Assembly (NCBI GenBank): GCA_014190015.1
Contig: BJFT01000002.1
Coordinates: forward strand, 4,169-68,168
Direction of reading: 5' to 3'
From: Actinomycetes bacterium
Lineage (GTDB): Bacteria > Actinomycetota > Actinomycetes > Nanopelagicales > Nanopelagicaceae
DNA length: 64,000 nucleotides
Made by a program: the position numbers and the translations under genes. The notes under the pieces are model-generated. The model was not told the DNA's origin. It worked only from the letters and a program-made list of their open reading frames with translations, and searched no databases. Shown piece by piece: positions 42,301 through 50,374 of the stretch. Within the stretch, counting starts at the first letter, position 1. Each line of letters opens with the position of its first letter.

Positions 42301-42874
42301 CAATACCGTGATCCATAATTTCTAAAAAGAAATTGTCGCGCCCGAAAATGTCGCGGTAATCAGACGCTGCAGCCATTGCTTCTTTGAATGCGCCCATACG
42401 AAGACGTGTTTGAATTTCTCCACCGGGACATCCAGTTGTTGCAATCAAACCCTTTGAATAACGAGTCAGTAGCTCGCGATCCATTCGCGGCTTGTAGTAA
42501 TAGCCTTCGAGAGATGCAAGGGATGAGAGACGAAATAGATTAGAAAGACCTTCATTGTTTTCGGCCAAGATGGTCATGTGCGTATATGCGCCGCCACCAG
42601 AGACATCATCTTCGCCACCATCGGCCCACTTGACGCGCTTTTTCTCAAAGCGAGATTCCGGAGCGACGTACGCTTCAATTCCAATGATTGGTTTAACGCC
42701 AACTTTTTTTGCTTGTTTGTAAAAATCAAATGCTCCGAATACATTGCCGTGATCTGTCATGGCAATTGCTGGCATCTCTTGACGCGCTACTTCTGCTACG
42801 AGGTCAGCAACGCGCGCGGCACCATCGAGCATTGAATACTCGGTATGTACGTGAAGGTGGGCAAAAGAGGACAT
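39380..42874 (-). CDS. dnaE: DNA polymerase III alpha subunit (DnaE1), no intein
   Basis: PHP domain (HLHVHTEYS, TDHGN, ATNDLHY), GRGSAAGS, PDIDLD, YAFNRAH, OB fold. Confidence 0.99.
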   Translation of the reverse strand: MSSFAHLHVHTEYSMLDGAARVADLVAEVARQEMPAIAMTDHGNVFGAFDFYKQAKKVGVKPIIGIEAYVAPESRFEKKRVKWADGGEDDVSGGGAYTHMTILAENNEGLSNLFRLSSLASLEGYYYKPRMDRELLTRYSKGLIATTGCPGGEIQTRLRMGAFKEAMAAASDYRDIFGRDNFFLEIMDHGIDIESRVKADLLKLGKELGLPLLATNDLHYTFNEDARSHEALLCVQSGSTLADPKRFKFDNDEFYLKTPAQMRELFKEIPESCDNTLLIAERCNVTLREGENLLPRFEVPSGETEDSWLIKESERGLIERMGARVTDEHRARLKYELDVMIKMGFPGYFLVVADLVTHAKKVGIRVGPGRGSAAGSLVAYALGITGLDPLEHGLLFERFLNPERISMPDIDLDFDERRRSEMIRYATTKYGEDRVAQIITYGTIKSKQAIKDSTRVLGYPYAIGEKLTKALPPSVMGKDISLAGVFDPSNDRYSEAGEFRTLYESDPDSKTVVDTAMGLEGLKRQWGVHAAGVILSREPLLDVIPIHRREADGSIITQFDMGACEATGLLKMDFLGLRNLSVLDDALLNIKANKGVDVVLEDLTLDDKKTFELLSRGDTLGVFQLDGGPMRALLRSMSPDSFQDISAVIALYRPGPMGENAHNNYADRKNKRKPVEPIHAELSEVLNEILGDTYGLIVYQEQVMAIAQKVAGFSLGRADLLRKAMGKKNKEILDKEYVPFEAGMKANGFGNAAIKRLWDVLIPFSDYAFNRAHSAGYGVVSYWTAYLKANYPTEYMAALLTSVRDDKDKSALYLSECRRMGIQVLPPDVNESDAEYTPRGTDIRFGLAAIRNVGEGVVASIKSGRDAKGRYQSFGDFLAKVDAQVCNKKTIESLIKSGAFDSLGHTRKGLMAVYLEAIDSVIETKRAEAIGQFDLFGGESATSVSNVALDIPEGEWEKAMLLSYEREMLGLYVSDHPLLGVEHVLRAGTDMSISELLDDGGHHDQIVTIGGLITSVTRKVTRQGASWAVVTIEDLEGSLEALFFSNTYNQYALTLTEDRIVLIRGRVDKREDQVRFTALEMKSADVSAAPTGPLVITLPINQCTPPVVDRMKEILRSHPGKREVHLHLDENGMRTVMKLETLITSSPSLSADLKSILGPNCLQG

Positions 42875-42882
42875 CGGTGGTG

Positions 42883-42888
42883 AGATTA
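42883..42888 (-). promoter_or_regulatory. Putative -10 box (TAATCT) of dnaE
   Basis: TANNNT 8 nt upstream of ATG 42874; no SD. Confidence 0.55.
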
Positions 42889-42892
42889 GTCG

Positions 42893-43837
42893 CTACGGAA
42901 GAACTGCGCTTGAAAGCAACGCCAGAGCATTTGTGAGATCAGCAGGGTATGGCGCATTAAAGGTTAAGCGCTCTCCTGTTACTGGATGATTGAGTTCGAG
43001 TTGCATGGCGTGTAACCATGGACGACTCATTGATAGTGAGGCCGCAAGAACAGGATCTGCGCCATAAGTTAGATCGCCAACTAGTGGATGGCGGAGTGCA
43101 GAAAAGTGAACTCGAATTTGATGGGTGCGGCCAGTTTCGAGTTCTACCTGAACTAAAGAAACACCACGATAAAACTCGATAACTTCGTAGTGAGTAATAC
43201 TCTCTTTTCCATTAGCAACAACTGCAAATCGATGATCTTCTTTTGGATGTCGATCAATTGGCGCATCAATTGTTCCGGTACTCGGATCCATGTGTCCTTG
43301 AATCAGTGCGTGATAAATCTTTGTGACTGTGCGAGATTTAAATGCATCCTTAAGAAATGTGTACGCCTGATCGGTTTTTGCAATAACCATTAATCCACTT
43401 GTTCCAACATCTAAACGATGCACAATGCCTGCACGCTCTGCCGGACCGCTTGTAGAAATTGTGTAACCAGCTGCAGTAAGTGCGCCAACAACTGTAGGAC
43501 CTTCCCAACCTGGACTTGGATGAGCAGCGCAGCCAACAGGTTTATCGATGACAACTATTGATTCATCGTTATAAATAATTGATAAACCTGGAATGGGGGT
43601 AAGTGGAATTGGTTCGGCGTTCTTCTCTTCGGGCATCAATACTTCGATTATCTGTCCTGCTGCAACCTTGTCAGATTTGCCCATGGCTTTTCCAGAAGTT
43701 GTGATGTCGCCATCTTCAAGGAGGCGAACAACTGCAGTTCGAGATAGTCCAAGTACTCGAGTCAGCGCGCTATCAATTCGCTCTCCTGCTACTCCCTCGG
43801 GAACAGACAAGGTTCGTGAAACTCGGCTCATTTTCAA
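42893..43837 (-). CDS. rluD: RluA/RluD-family pseudouridine synthase with S4 domain (start may be ATG 43831)
   Basis: GERID, VIDKP, GIVHRLDVGTSG, ETGRTHQIRVH. Confidence 0.9.
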   Translation of the reverse strand: MKMSRVSRTLSVPEGVAGERIDSALTRVLGLSRTAVVRLLEDGDITTSGKAMGKSDKVAAGQIIEVLMPEEKNAEPIPLTPIPGLSIIYNDESIVVIDKPVGCAAHPSPGWEGPTVVGALTAAGYTISTSGPAERAGIVHRLDVGTSGLMVIAKTDQAYTFLKDAFKSRTVTKIYHALIQGHMDPSTGTIDAPIDRHPKEDHRFAVVANGKESITHYEVIEFYRGVSLVQVELETGRTHQIRVHFSALRHPLVGDLTYGADPVLAASLSMSRPWLHAMQLELNHPVTGERLTFNAPYPADLTNALALLSSAVLP

Positions 43838-44316
43838 CTCGGATCTTTTGGCGTAATCGGTGAGATGTTTCGAATAGTCAGAATTATTGCGACTACTGCT
43901 GCAATCACAATAGCGGTATCTGCGATGTTAAATACCGGCCAATTCGGTATTTGAATCCAGTCAATAACGTGTCCTTGCAAGAAGCTAGGTTCACGGAAAA
44001 TTCGATCAGTGAGATTGCCCAGAATTCCGCCGAGCACAAGCCCGCAAACCAGAGCCCATCCCTTAGAAGTTATCTGTAGCGCATAGCGAGTAATAAAAAT
44101 TAGAACTGCGAGTGCAAAGAATGTAAAGATGATTGTGCTTCCTGCACCGATACCAAATGCAGCACCAGAGTTTTGAACAAATGTGAGTTGCAAAAACGAA
44201 CCTATTATTTGGACATTTGCCCGAGAAGATAAAACTTCTACGGCCCAGACTTTTGTGCCTAGATCAATTAACCAAACAACCCAGGCGGTGAGATAGAGGG
44301 AGCGCCACGGGCGCAT
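43834..44316 (-). CDS. lspA: Lipoprotein signal peptidase (signal peptidase II)
   Basis: DLGTK, NSGAAFG, GGILGNLTDR, VIDWI, VFNIAD. Confidence 0.97.
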   Translation of the reverse strand: MRPWRSLYLTAWVVWLIDLGTKVWAVEVLSSRANVQIIGSFLQLTFVQNSGAAFGIGAGSTIIFTFFALAVLIFITRYALQITSKGWALVCGLVLGGILGNLTDRIFREPSFLQGHVIDWIQIPNWPVFNIADTAIVIAAVVAIILTIRNISPITPKDPS

Positions 44317-44318
44317 TA

Positions 44319-45074
44319 TTAGCGCCGTTCCTCTTTCTGCTTGCAGAGCATGCAGAGTGTTGCGCGTGGGAAAACTTGAAGTCGTGCTTTACCAATAGGT
44401 GAACCGCACTCTTCGCAGTTGCCATAAGTTTTAGTGTCGATGCGCTCGAGGGCGCGTTCTGTTTGCAAAACCATGTCGCGAGCGTTAATCACAAGTGACA
44501 TTTCATGTTCGCGTTCAAATGTCTTGGTACCAGCATCCGCCTGATCATCTCCTGCACCGTCTCCGGCATCGGCAATGAGAGCATCCATTTCACGCTCGAT
44601 AGCTGATAGCTCTGTTTGTAGACGTACTAATTCTTTCGCTAGTTCGCTCCGGATCGCTTTTAACTCGGCAGCGTTCCATGCTGATTCGCTCTCAGATACA
44701 ACTATCGGAGTTGGTGCCTGCTTAATTGGCTTGAGCGGAGCAATTTTCTTTCCACTTTTTACTGGGCGAGCAGGTGGTGGCATCACTAAACGACGCTCTT
44801 CAACGACAGGTGTGTTCTGAGGAGCAACAATTGTCTTAACACTTACTGTCTGAGATTTTTCATCAACAGTCAGTGTTGTCTTTGAAGGAAATGGGCGACC
44901 CGGATTTTTCTTAACTGCTTTTGCTGGCGCTTTCTTTGCGGCGACCTTCTTCGCAGGAGCTTTCTTAGCTGGTGCCTTCTTCGCAACTTTTTTAGCCGGA
45001 GCCTTTTTAGCCACCTTTTTTGCAGCCTTCTTGACTGCTTTCTTGATGGCTTTTTTCAACGGTTTCTTCGGCAC
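44319..45074 (-). CDS. Histone-like (Lys/Ala/Pro-rich) N-terminus fused to a TraR/DksA C4 zinc-finger domain (DdbA-like)
   Basis: KKA/PAKK repeats, coiled coil ending GDDQADAG, YGNCEECG...LCMLC. Start moved to GTG 45074, with TAAGGT 7 nt upstream. Confidence 0.88.
   Translation of the reverse strand: MPKKPLKKAIKKAVKKAAKKVAKKAPAKKVAKKAPAKKAPAKKVAAKKAPAKAVKKNPGRPFPSKTTLTVDEKSQTVSVKTIVAPQNTPVVEERRLVMPPPARPVKSGKKIAPLKPIKQAPTPIVVSESESAWNAAELKAIRSELAKELVRLQTELSAIEREMDALIADAGDGAGDDQADAGTKTFEREHEMSLVINARDMVLQTERALERIDTKTYGNCEECGSPIGKARLQVFPRATLCMLCKQKEERR
44907..45068 (-). repeat. Low-complexity KKA/PAKK peptide repeat (25 Lys in 54 residues)
   Basis: KKPLKKAIKKAVKKAAKKVAKKAPAKKVAKKAPAKKAPAKKVAAKKAPAKAVKK. 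Confidence 0.9.
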
Positions 45075-45081
45075 GCCGCGC

Positions 45082-45123
45082 ACCTTATGCCGATTAAGGC
45101 GTGAGTACCAACTTCGCCACGAA
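45082..45123 (-). promoter_or_regulatory. Putative promoter TTGGTA-N18-TAAGGT with upstream TTCGTGGCGA dyad
   Basis: -10 at 45087-45082, -35 at 45111-45106, dyad at 45123-45114. Confidence 0.6.
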
Positions 45124-45146
45124 GAAAGTTACGCATGAGCATGGAA

Positions 45147-45152
45147 TAGACT
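45147..45152 (+). promoter_or_regulatory. Putative -10 box (TAGACT) of ileS
   Basis: TANNNT 9 nt upstream of ATG 45162; pyrimidine-only spacer, no SD. Confidence 0.55.
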
Positions 45153-45161
45153 TCCCCTCTT

Positions 45162-48100
45162 ATGTCCTTTCGCCCAATTCCCGCCCAGATCGATCTTCCA
45201 GCAATGGAACACTCCATCCTGGATTTTTGGCGAGCTAATGGCGTCTTTGAAGAATCTGTTACAGGTCGCGCCGGTGCAGAAACCTGGACATTTTATGAAG
45301 GCCCTCCCACTGCAAATGGAATGCCTGGTACTCACCACATTGAAGCTCGTGTGTTCAAGGATGTCTTTCCGCGCTTTCACACAATGAAAGGCAAGCAAGT
45401 AGTTCGTAAAGCTGGTTGGGATTGTCACGGGCTTCCTGTTGAAATTGCAGTTGAAAAAGAGTTGGGCTTTAACGGCAAAGGTGACATCGAAAAATTTGGT
45501 ATCGCGCAATTCAATGACAAGTGTCGTGAATCTGTCACACGTCACGTAGATGCATTTACTGCAATGACGAATCGAATGGGTTTCTGGGTTGATTTCGATG
45601 AAGCGTATTGGACTATGGCTCCTGCATACGTTGAAAGTGTGTGGTGGAGTCTTTCGCAGATTCACAAAAAGGGTCTGCTTGTTCAAGACCACCGCGTTGC
45701 ACCATATTGCCCACGTTGCGGAACTGGATTATCAGATCACGAATTAGCGCAAGGCTATGAAACAGTTACGGATCCGTCTGTTTATGTTCGCTTTCCAATT
45801 ACATCAGGGCCTCTTCAAGAACTAGGTGCGGCGCTACTTGTCTGGACTACTACTCCTTGGACTCTAGTTTCAAATACCGCAATCGCTGTAAATCCATCGG
45901 TTGAATACGTAGCGGCTCAAGTAACGCATGAAGAAAAAACAGAAGTGTTGGTAATTGCCCAACCGCTACTCGAGAAGTTACAGGGTGAAGTAAAAATCCT
46001 GAAGAAGATCAGCGGTAAAGATCTTGAGCGAACAAATTATTCGCGTCCATTTGATTACGTAGAAATTCCGGATGCTCACTTTGTTGTCTTGGCTGATTAT
46101 GTGACAACAGAAGATGGAACAGGATTAGTTCACCAATCCCCTGCCTTTGGCGCCGATGACTTACAGGTGTGCCGCGCTTATGGTTTGCCAGTTGTTAATC
46201 CTGTTGCCCCAGATGGTCACTTTCTTGCAGATGTTGAACCTGTTGGCGGAATGTTTTTTAAGGATGCAGATAAGCCACTTGTTAAAGAGTTGAAAACTCG
46301 TGGACTTCTTTACCGTCACCAACCATATGAGCACTCTTACCCACATTGCTGGCGTTGTCACACTGCTCTTATTTATTACGCACAACCATCGTGGTACATC
46401 CGCACTACATCAATTAAAGATGAGCTACTGCGTGAAAACGCTGCAACTAATTGGTACCCAGAAACTATCAAAACTGGTCGCTATGGTGATTGGCTCAACA
46501 ACAATATTGACTGGGCTCTTTCGCGTAATCGTTATTGGGGCACGCCACTTCCTATTTGGCGATGCGAGAACAAACATGAAGTCTGCGTTGAATCCCTTGC
46601 AGATCTTGGTGCGCGTGCTGGGCAAGAACTCTCTACCCTCGACCCACATCGACCATTTGTTGATGACATAACTTTTGCATGCACCGAGTGTTCAGAAACT
46701 ATGGTGCGAGTTCCTGAAGTAATCGATTGTTGGTATGACTCTGGCGCCATGCCATTTGCGCAATGGGGATACCCACATCAAGAAGGCAGCAAGGAAAAGT
46801 TTGAAGTTTCCTACCCTGCTGACTTTATTTGCGAAGCAATCGATCAGACTCGCGGATGGTTTTACACATTGATGACGATTGGAACACTGGTTTTCGATAA
46901 GTCATCGTATGAAAACGTCTTATGTCTGGGACATATTCTTGATAAAGATGGTCGCAAGATGAGTAAGCACCTTGGAAATGTTCTAGAACCAATGGCGCTG
47001 ATGGATCAACATGGAGCCGACGCAGTCCGTTGGTACATGTTGGCAGCAGGTTCGCCATGGTCTGCCCGTCGTGTTGGTCATGATGCAATTAGTGATGTTG
47101 TCAGAAAGACTCTTCTGACGTATTGGAACACCATCTCTTTCCACTCTTTATACGCCCAAGCATCCAACTTTGATCTATCCCAATCTCCTGCGCGCAATAC
47201 GCGCCCCGTGATGGATCGTTGGATTATTTCCGAGCTCTCCATACTCATTAATGAAGTTGAGCAATGTCTTACTAACTTTGATTCACAAGGCGCAGGTAAA
47301 GCTCTTGCGCAATTTATTGATGATCTTTCAAATTGGTATGTCCGTCGCTCACGTCGACGCTTCTGGGATGGCGATGTTGCAGCACTTGCGACTCTGCACG
47401 AATGTCTCACAACGCTTACTCAGCTACTAGCTCCAATGGTTCCCTTCATTTCTGAGCATGTGTGGCAAGAACTTGTTCGCCCAGTTGATCCAACCGCAAC
47501 AAAATCAGTGCACCTTTCAGATTTTCCCGTTGCTAACCCAAGTGATATCGACACAGTTCTTTCTGGACAAGTTGCACTAACTAGGCGCATCGTTGAGTTA
47601 GGACGAGCAGCTCGTGCTGAATCTGGAATCAAGATTCGACAACCACTTAGCCGTGCTCTTATTGCAGCCAGCGGTTGGGCAGCGTTGCCAAGTGATATGC
47701 GCGAGCAGATTGCTGATGAATTAAATGTCGCAGACCTTGCAGACATCGCTAACGCCGATGGGGACTTAGTAGATATCTCAGTTAAAGCGAACTTTCGCTC
47801 ACTCGGTGCAAAATTTGGCGGAGAGGTTCAGGCGATTGCCAAAGCAATTGCAGCAACAGATGCCACTGCACTTGTTAAAACTCTTCGCTCATCAGGTAGT
47901 GCGCAAGTAGGCACCTGGAGCATTGAATTAGATGATCTTGTAATCACTGAAGTACCCCGCACCGGGTGGATGGTTGCAAGTCATGAAGGCGAGAGCGTTG
48001 CTCTAGACCTCGAACTAACGCCTGAGCTAATTGCTGCTGGAAACGTGCGTGAGGTAATTCGCTTTATTCAAGATGCCCGTAAAACAAGTGGTTTTGATAT

Positions 48101-48272
48101 TTCAGATCGCATTACTGTTGCGTGGAATGCTCCTGCTGAGATTGTTGCCGCAGTTGAATCAGCGCAAGAACACATCAGCGCAGAAGTGCTTGCAACCAAA
48201 TTCACTCGCGATGCCAGCCTGCCAGTGTTAGATGGTGAAGTTGGGTTTAACGCAAAATTGCTGAAGAGCTAA
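45162..48272 (+). CDS. ileS: Isoleucine-tRNA ligase, type 2 (eukaryote-like)
   Basis: FYEGPPTANG, GWDCHGLPVE, WTTTPWTL, EDGTGLVHQSPAFG, EAIDQTRGWFY, KMSKH; long type-2 C-terminus. Confidence 0.98.
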   Translation: MSFRPIPAQIDLPAMEHSILDFWRANGVFEESVTGRAGAETWTFYEGPPTANGMPGTHHIEARVFKDVFPRFHTMKGKQVVRKAGWDCHGLPVEIAVEKELGFNGKGDIEKFGIAQFNDKCRESVTRHVDAFTAMTNRMGFWVDFDEAYWTMAPAYVESVWWSLSQIHKKGLLVQDHRVAPYCPRCGTGLSDHELAQGYETVTDPSVYVRFPITSGPLQELGAALLVWTTTPWTLVSNTAIAVNPSVEYVAAQVTHEEKTEVLVIAQPLLEKLQGEVKILKKISGKDLERTNYSRPFDYVEIPDAHFVVLADYVTTEDGTGLVHQSPAFGADDLQVCRAYGLPVVNPVAPDGHFLADVEPVGGMFFKDADKPLVKELKTRGLLYRHQPYEHSYPHCWRCHTALIYYAQPSWYIRTTSIKDELLRENAATNWYPETIKTGRYGDWLNNNIDWALSRNRYWGTPLPIWRCENKHEVCVESLADLGARAGQELSTLDPHRPFVDDITFACTECSETMVRVPEVIDCWYDSGAMPFAQWGYPHQEGSKEKFEVSYPADFICEAIDQTRGWFYTLMTIGTLVFDKSSYENVLCLGHILDKDGRKMSKHLGNVLEPMALMDQHGADAVRWYMLAAGSPWSARRVGHDAISDVVRKTLLTYWNTISFHSLYAQASNFDLSQSPARNTRPVMDRWIISELSILINEVEQCLTNFDSQGAGKALAQFIDDLSNWYVRRSRRRFWDGDVAALATLHECLTTLTQLLAPMVPFISEHVWQELVRPVDPTATKSVHLSDFPVANPSDIDTVLSGQVALTRRIVELGRAARAESGIKIRQPLSRALIAASGWAALPSDMREQIADELNVADLADIANADGDLVDISVKANFRSLGAKFGGEVQAIAKAIAATDATALVKTLRSSGSAQVGTWSIELDDLVITEVPRTGWMVASHEGESVALDLELTPELIAAGNVREVIRFIQDARKTSGFDISDRITVAWNAPAEIVAAVESAQEHISAEVLATKFTRDASLPVLDGEVGFNAKLLKS

Positions 48273-48553
48273 ATCAGCAACACAAGCGGCATTAGTAACT
48301 GCACCGCGAAAAAGAGAACGATAAAAGATAAATCAATTGATGCTCCACCTAAGCGAAGAGGTGGTACAAATCGGCGGACGAAATTCATCGGGCGATCTGT
48401 GATTGTATAAATCGCTTCGACCAGAATCAGAATGATTCCACTTGGTCGCCACGATGGTTTGAACATGCGGACGTAATCAAGAATCAAACGTCCTAATAGA
48501 GCAAATAAGAATAATTGCAGAATTAAATGAAGTATCGATCCGATACGTAACAT
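48269..48553 (-). CDS. yggT: YggT/YlmG family membrane protein
   Basis: ITDRP...RRFVPPLRLGGASIDLS; follows sepF. Confidence 0.93.
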   Translation of the reverse strand: MLRIGSILHLILQLFLFALLGRLILDYVRMFKPSWRPSGIILILVEAIYTITDRPMNFVRRFVPPLRLGGASIDLSFIVLFFAVQLLMPLVLLI

Positions 48554-48563
48554 GAATTAACTA

Positions 48564-49022
48564 TCAGCTCTGATTGAAAAAACTTGCTTCAGCTGCAGCA
48601 GCTTTATCTTCGCTACTTACCTTCACATTTGCAGGTGAGAGTAGGAAAACTTTTGAAGTCACGCGCTCAATTGTTCCGTTGTGACCAAATACAAGACCAC
48701 TTGCAAAATCTACGAGGCGCTTACGTTCTGATTCATCCATGTCAGTTAAATTAATAATTACTGGATTTCCTTGACGATAGTGCTCACCGATTGTGCGCGC
48801 TTCGTTATAGAAACGTGGGTGCAAAGTAATGATTCGATCTAGAGATGGAAGATCAAGTTGTGGAGTGCTCTCTTGATGAAGCACTGGCGCAATGTGACGT
48901 GGTTCGCGAGTGCGAATACGTACATCAGGAACGCGTTCAGCTGGTGCTTCTACTGTGCTCTGGATTTCTGGGTCATCAACTAAACCTAGGTAGTTTGCGA
49001 CACGGCGCATTGCATTCGACAT
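48564..49022 (-). CDS. sepF: Cell division protein SepF
   Basis: MSNAMRRVANYLGL, RIITLHPRFYNEARTIGE, RLVDFASGL, FFNQS. Start moved from 49118 to ATG 49022, with TAACCT 7 nt upstream. Confidence 0.95.
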   Translation of the reverse strand: MSNAMRRVANYLGLVDDPEIQSTVEAPAERVPDVRIRTREPRHIAPVLHQESTPQLDLPSLDRIITLHPRFYNEARTIGEHYRQGNPVIINLTDMDESERKRLVDFASGLVFGHNGTIERVTSKVFLLSPANVKVSSEDKAAAAEASFFNQS

Positions 49023-49032
49023 GGTTAAAAGG

Positions 49033-49710
49033 TTACTGGGGTGTTGGGCGTGAACCGAGGATTGAACTGCCCACGCGGATATGTGTCGCACCATGGGAAA
49101 TCGCTGATTCAAAGTCATTACTCATGCCAGCAGATAACGAAGTCGCCATCGGATATGAGGCCTTAAATCCACCATAAATAGTGGCCAGTTTTTCAAAAGC
49201 CTGATCACTGGAAACTTCCAGAGGGGCAACTGCCATTAGCCCCATTAAATCCAAATGAGTAGAACCCAGTACTGAATCAGCCAGTGCTGATAAATCCGCA
49301 GGAGCTGCTCCACCTCTACCTTCTGCGCCATCTAGAGAAACCTGCAGAAAAACTCCGATGCGATGAATAGCTACTTTGTCTAAGGCTTGTATATGACGAG
49401 CCTCATCGAGTGAATGAATGACATGTGCCCACGATGCAATTGATTTCAATTTGTTGCTCTGTATCTGCCCTTGAAAATGCCAGGTACCAGGAACTGCGGC
49501 TGCTTTTGGGGCCGCATCTGAATCTCTATTTTCGCCGTAATGATGGACATCGAGGCTAGCCAAAATATGAACATCACTGACTGGGAAAGTCTTTGTAACA
49601 GCAATCAATGTGATGTCTTCATACTTTCGCGCCGCTGATGTGACAGCGCTTTTAACAGCTTCGCGAACGCGATCTAAATTACTTGCAATCTCGTCATAGC
49701 GTGAAGTCAT
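49033..49710 (-). CDS. yggS: PLP homeostasis protein YggS
   Basis: LIAVTKT, GEN, WHFQGQIQSNK, GLM, LSAGMSNDF, IRVGSSILG. Confidence 0.96.
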   Translation of the reverse strand: MTSRYDEIASNLDRVREAVKSAVTSAARKYEDITLIAVTKTFPVSDVHILASLDVHHYGENRDSDAAPKAAAVPGTWHFQGQIQSNKLKSIASWAHVIHSLDEARHIQALDKVAIHRIGVFLQVSLDGAEGRGGAAPADLSALADSVLGSTHLDLMGLMAVAPLEVSSDQAFEKLATIYGGFKASYPMATSLSAGMSNDFESAISHGATHIRVGSSILGSRPTPQ

Positions 49711-50372
49711 AATCTAATTAAACCTGCCTGACGACCAGTGCGCTGGGATTTGCGGTAAGAAAAGAGTAGTGAATCTTCATTGGTGCATCGAGAATCTATT
49801 TCGCATTCGATGGATAAATCATTGAGCACTGATGCCAACGCTCTTGCGAGATCTAGCGCTGGAGTACCTTGTGCTGTCTTTGAACGAGCCGAAGGAAATG
49901 CATCTGTCACTTCATCAAAAGTATTTTGGTCTACTTCATAACAAGTGCCGCAAATTGATGCTCCCAACTTGCCTGTAATAGTGCCGGCTCCGAGTTCGCG
50001 CATGGTCTGTACAGTTTTAATTGCCACACCATTTACTAAGCCACGTCTGCCTACATGAACGGCGGCAACCACCTTTTCACTTGTGAGCAACAAAGGAATG
50101 CAATCTGCGGTGAGCACAGCTAATGTGATTCCGGGAGTTGTTGTTACGAGTGCATCACAGGTTGGGCTCACTTGTCCGGTATTGGAAATAACTTCTACGG
50201 CATTTCCATGTACCTGATTCATGTACATAGTTGGTCCGTATTTGTCGGAGATAATTTTCCGATTTTGCAAAACTAGAGCGGGATCATCATCGACGTGCAG
50301 AGCTAAATTCAGGGAAGAAAAATCGCCTTGGCTAAATCCACCAAGGCGATCTGTGAAGAATGTAAAGCTCAC
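49707..50372 (-). CDS. pgeF: PgeF/YfiH family (purine nucleoside phosphorylase-like, peptidoglycan editing factor)
   Basis: FTDRLGG, NLALHV, QVHG, TADC, FSYR, GRQAG. Confidence 0.93.
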   Translation of the reverse strand: MSFTFFTDRLGGFSQGDFSSLNLALHVDDDPALVLQNRKIISDKYGPTMYMNQVHGNAVEVISNTGQVSPTCDALVTTTPGITLAVLTADCIPLLLTSEKVVAAVHVGRRGLVNGVAIKTVQTMRELGAGTITGKLGASICGTCYEVDQNTFDEVTDAFPSARSKTAQGTPALDLARALASVLNDLSIECEIDSRCTNEDSLLFSYRKSQRTGRQAGLIRL

Positions 50373-50374
50373 TC

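Noticed and set aside
39380-42874. Intein or error-prone DnaE2
   Set aside because: Length (1164 aa) and continuous motifs fit intein-free DnaE1; no imuA/imuB neighbours.
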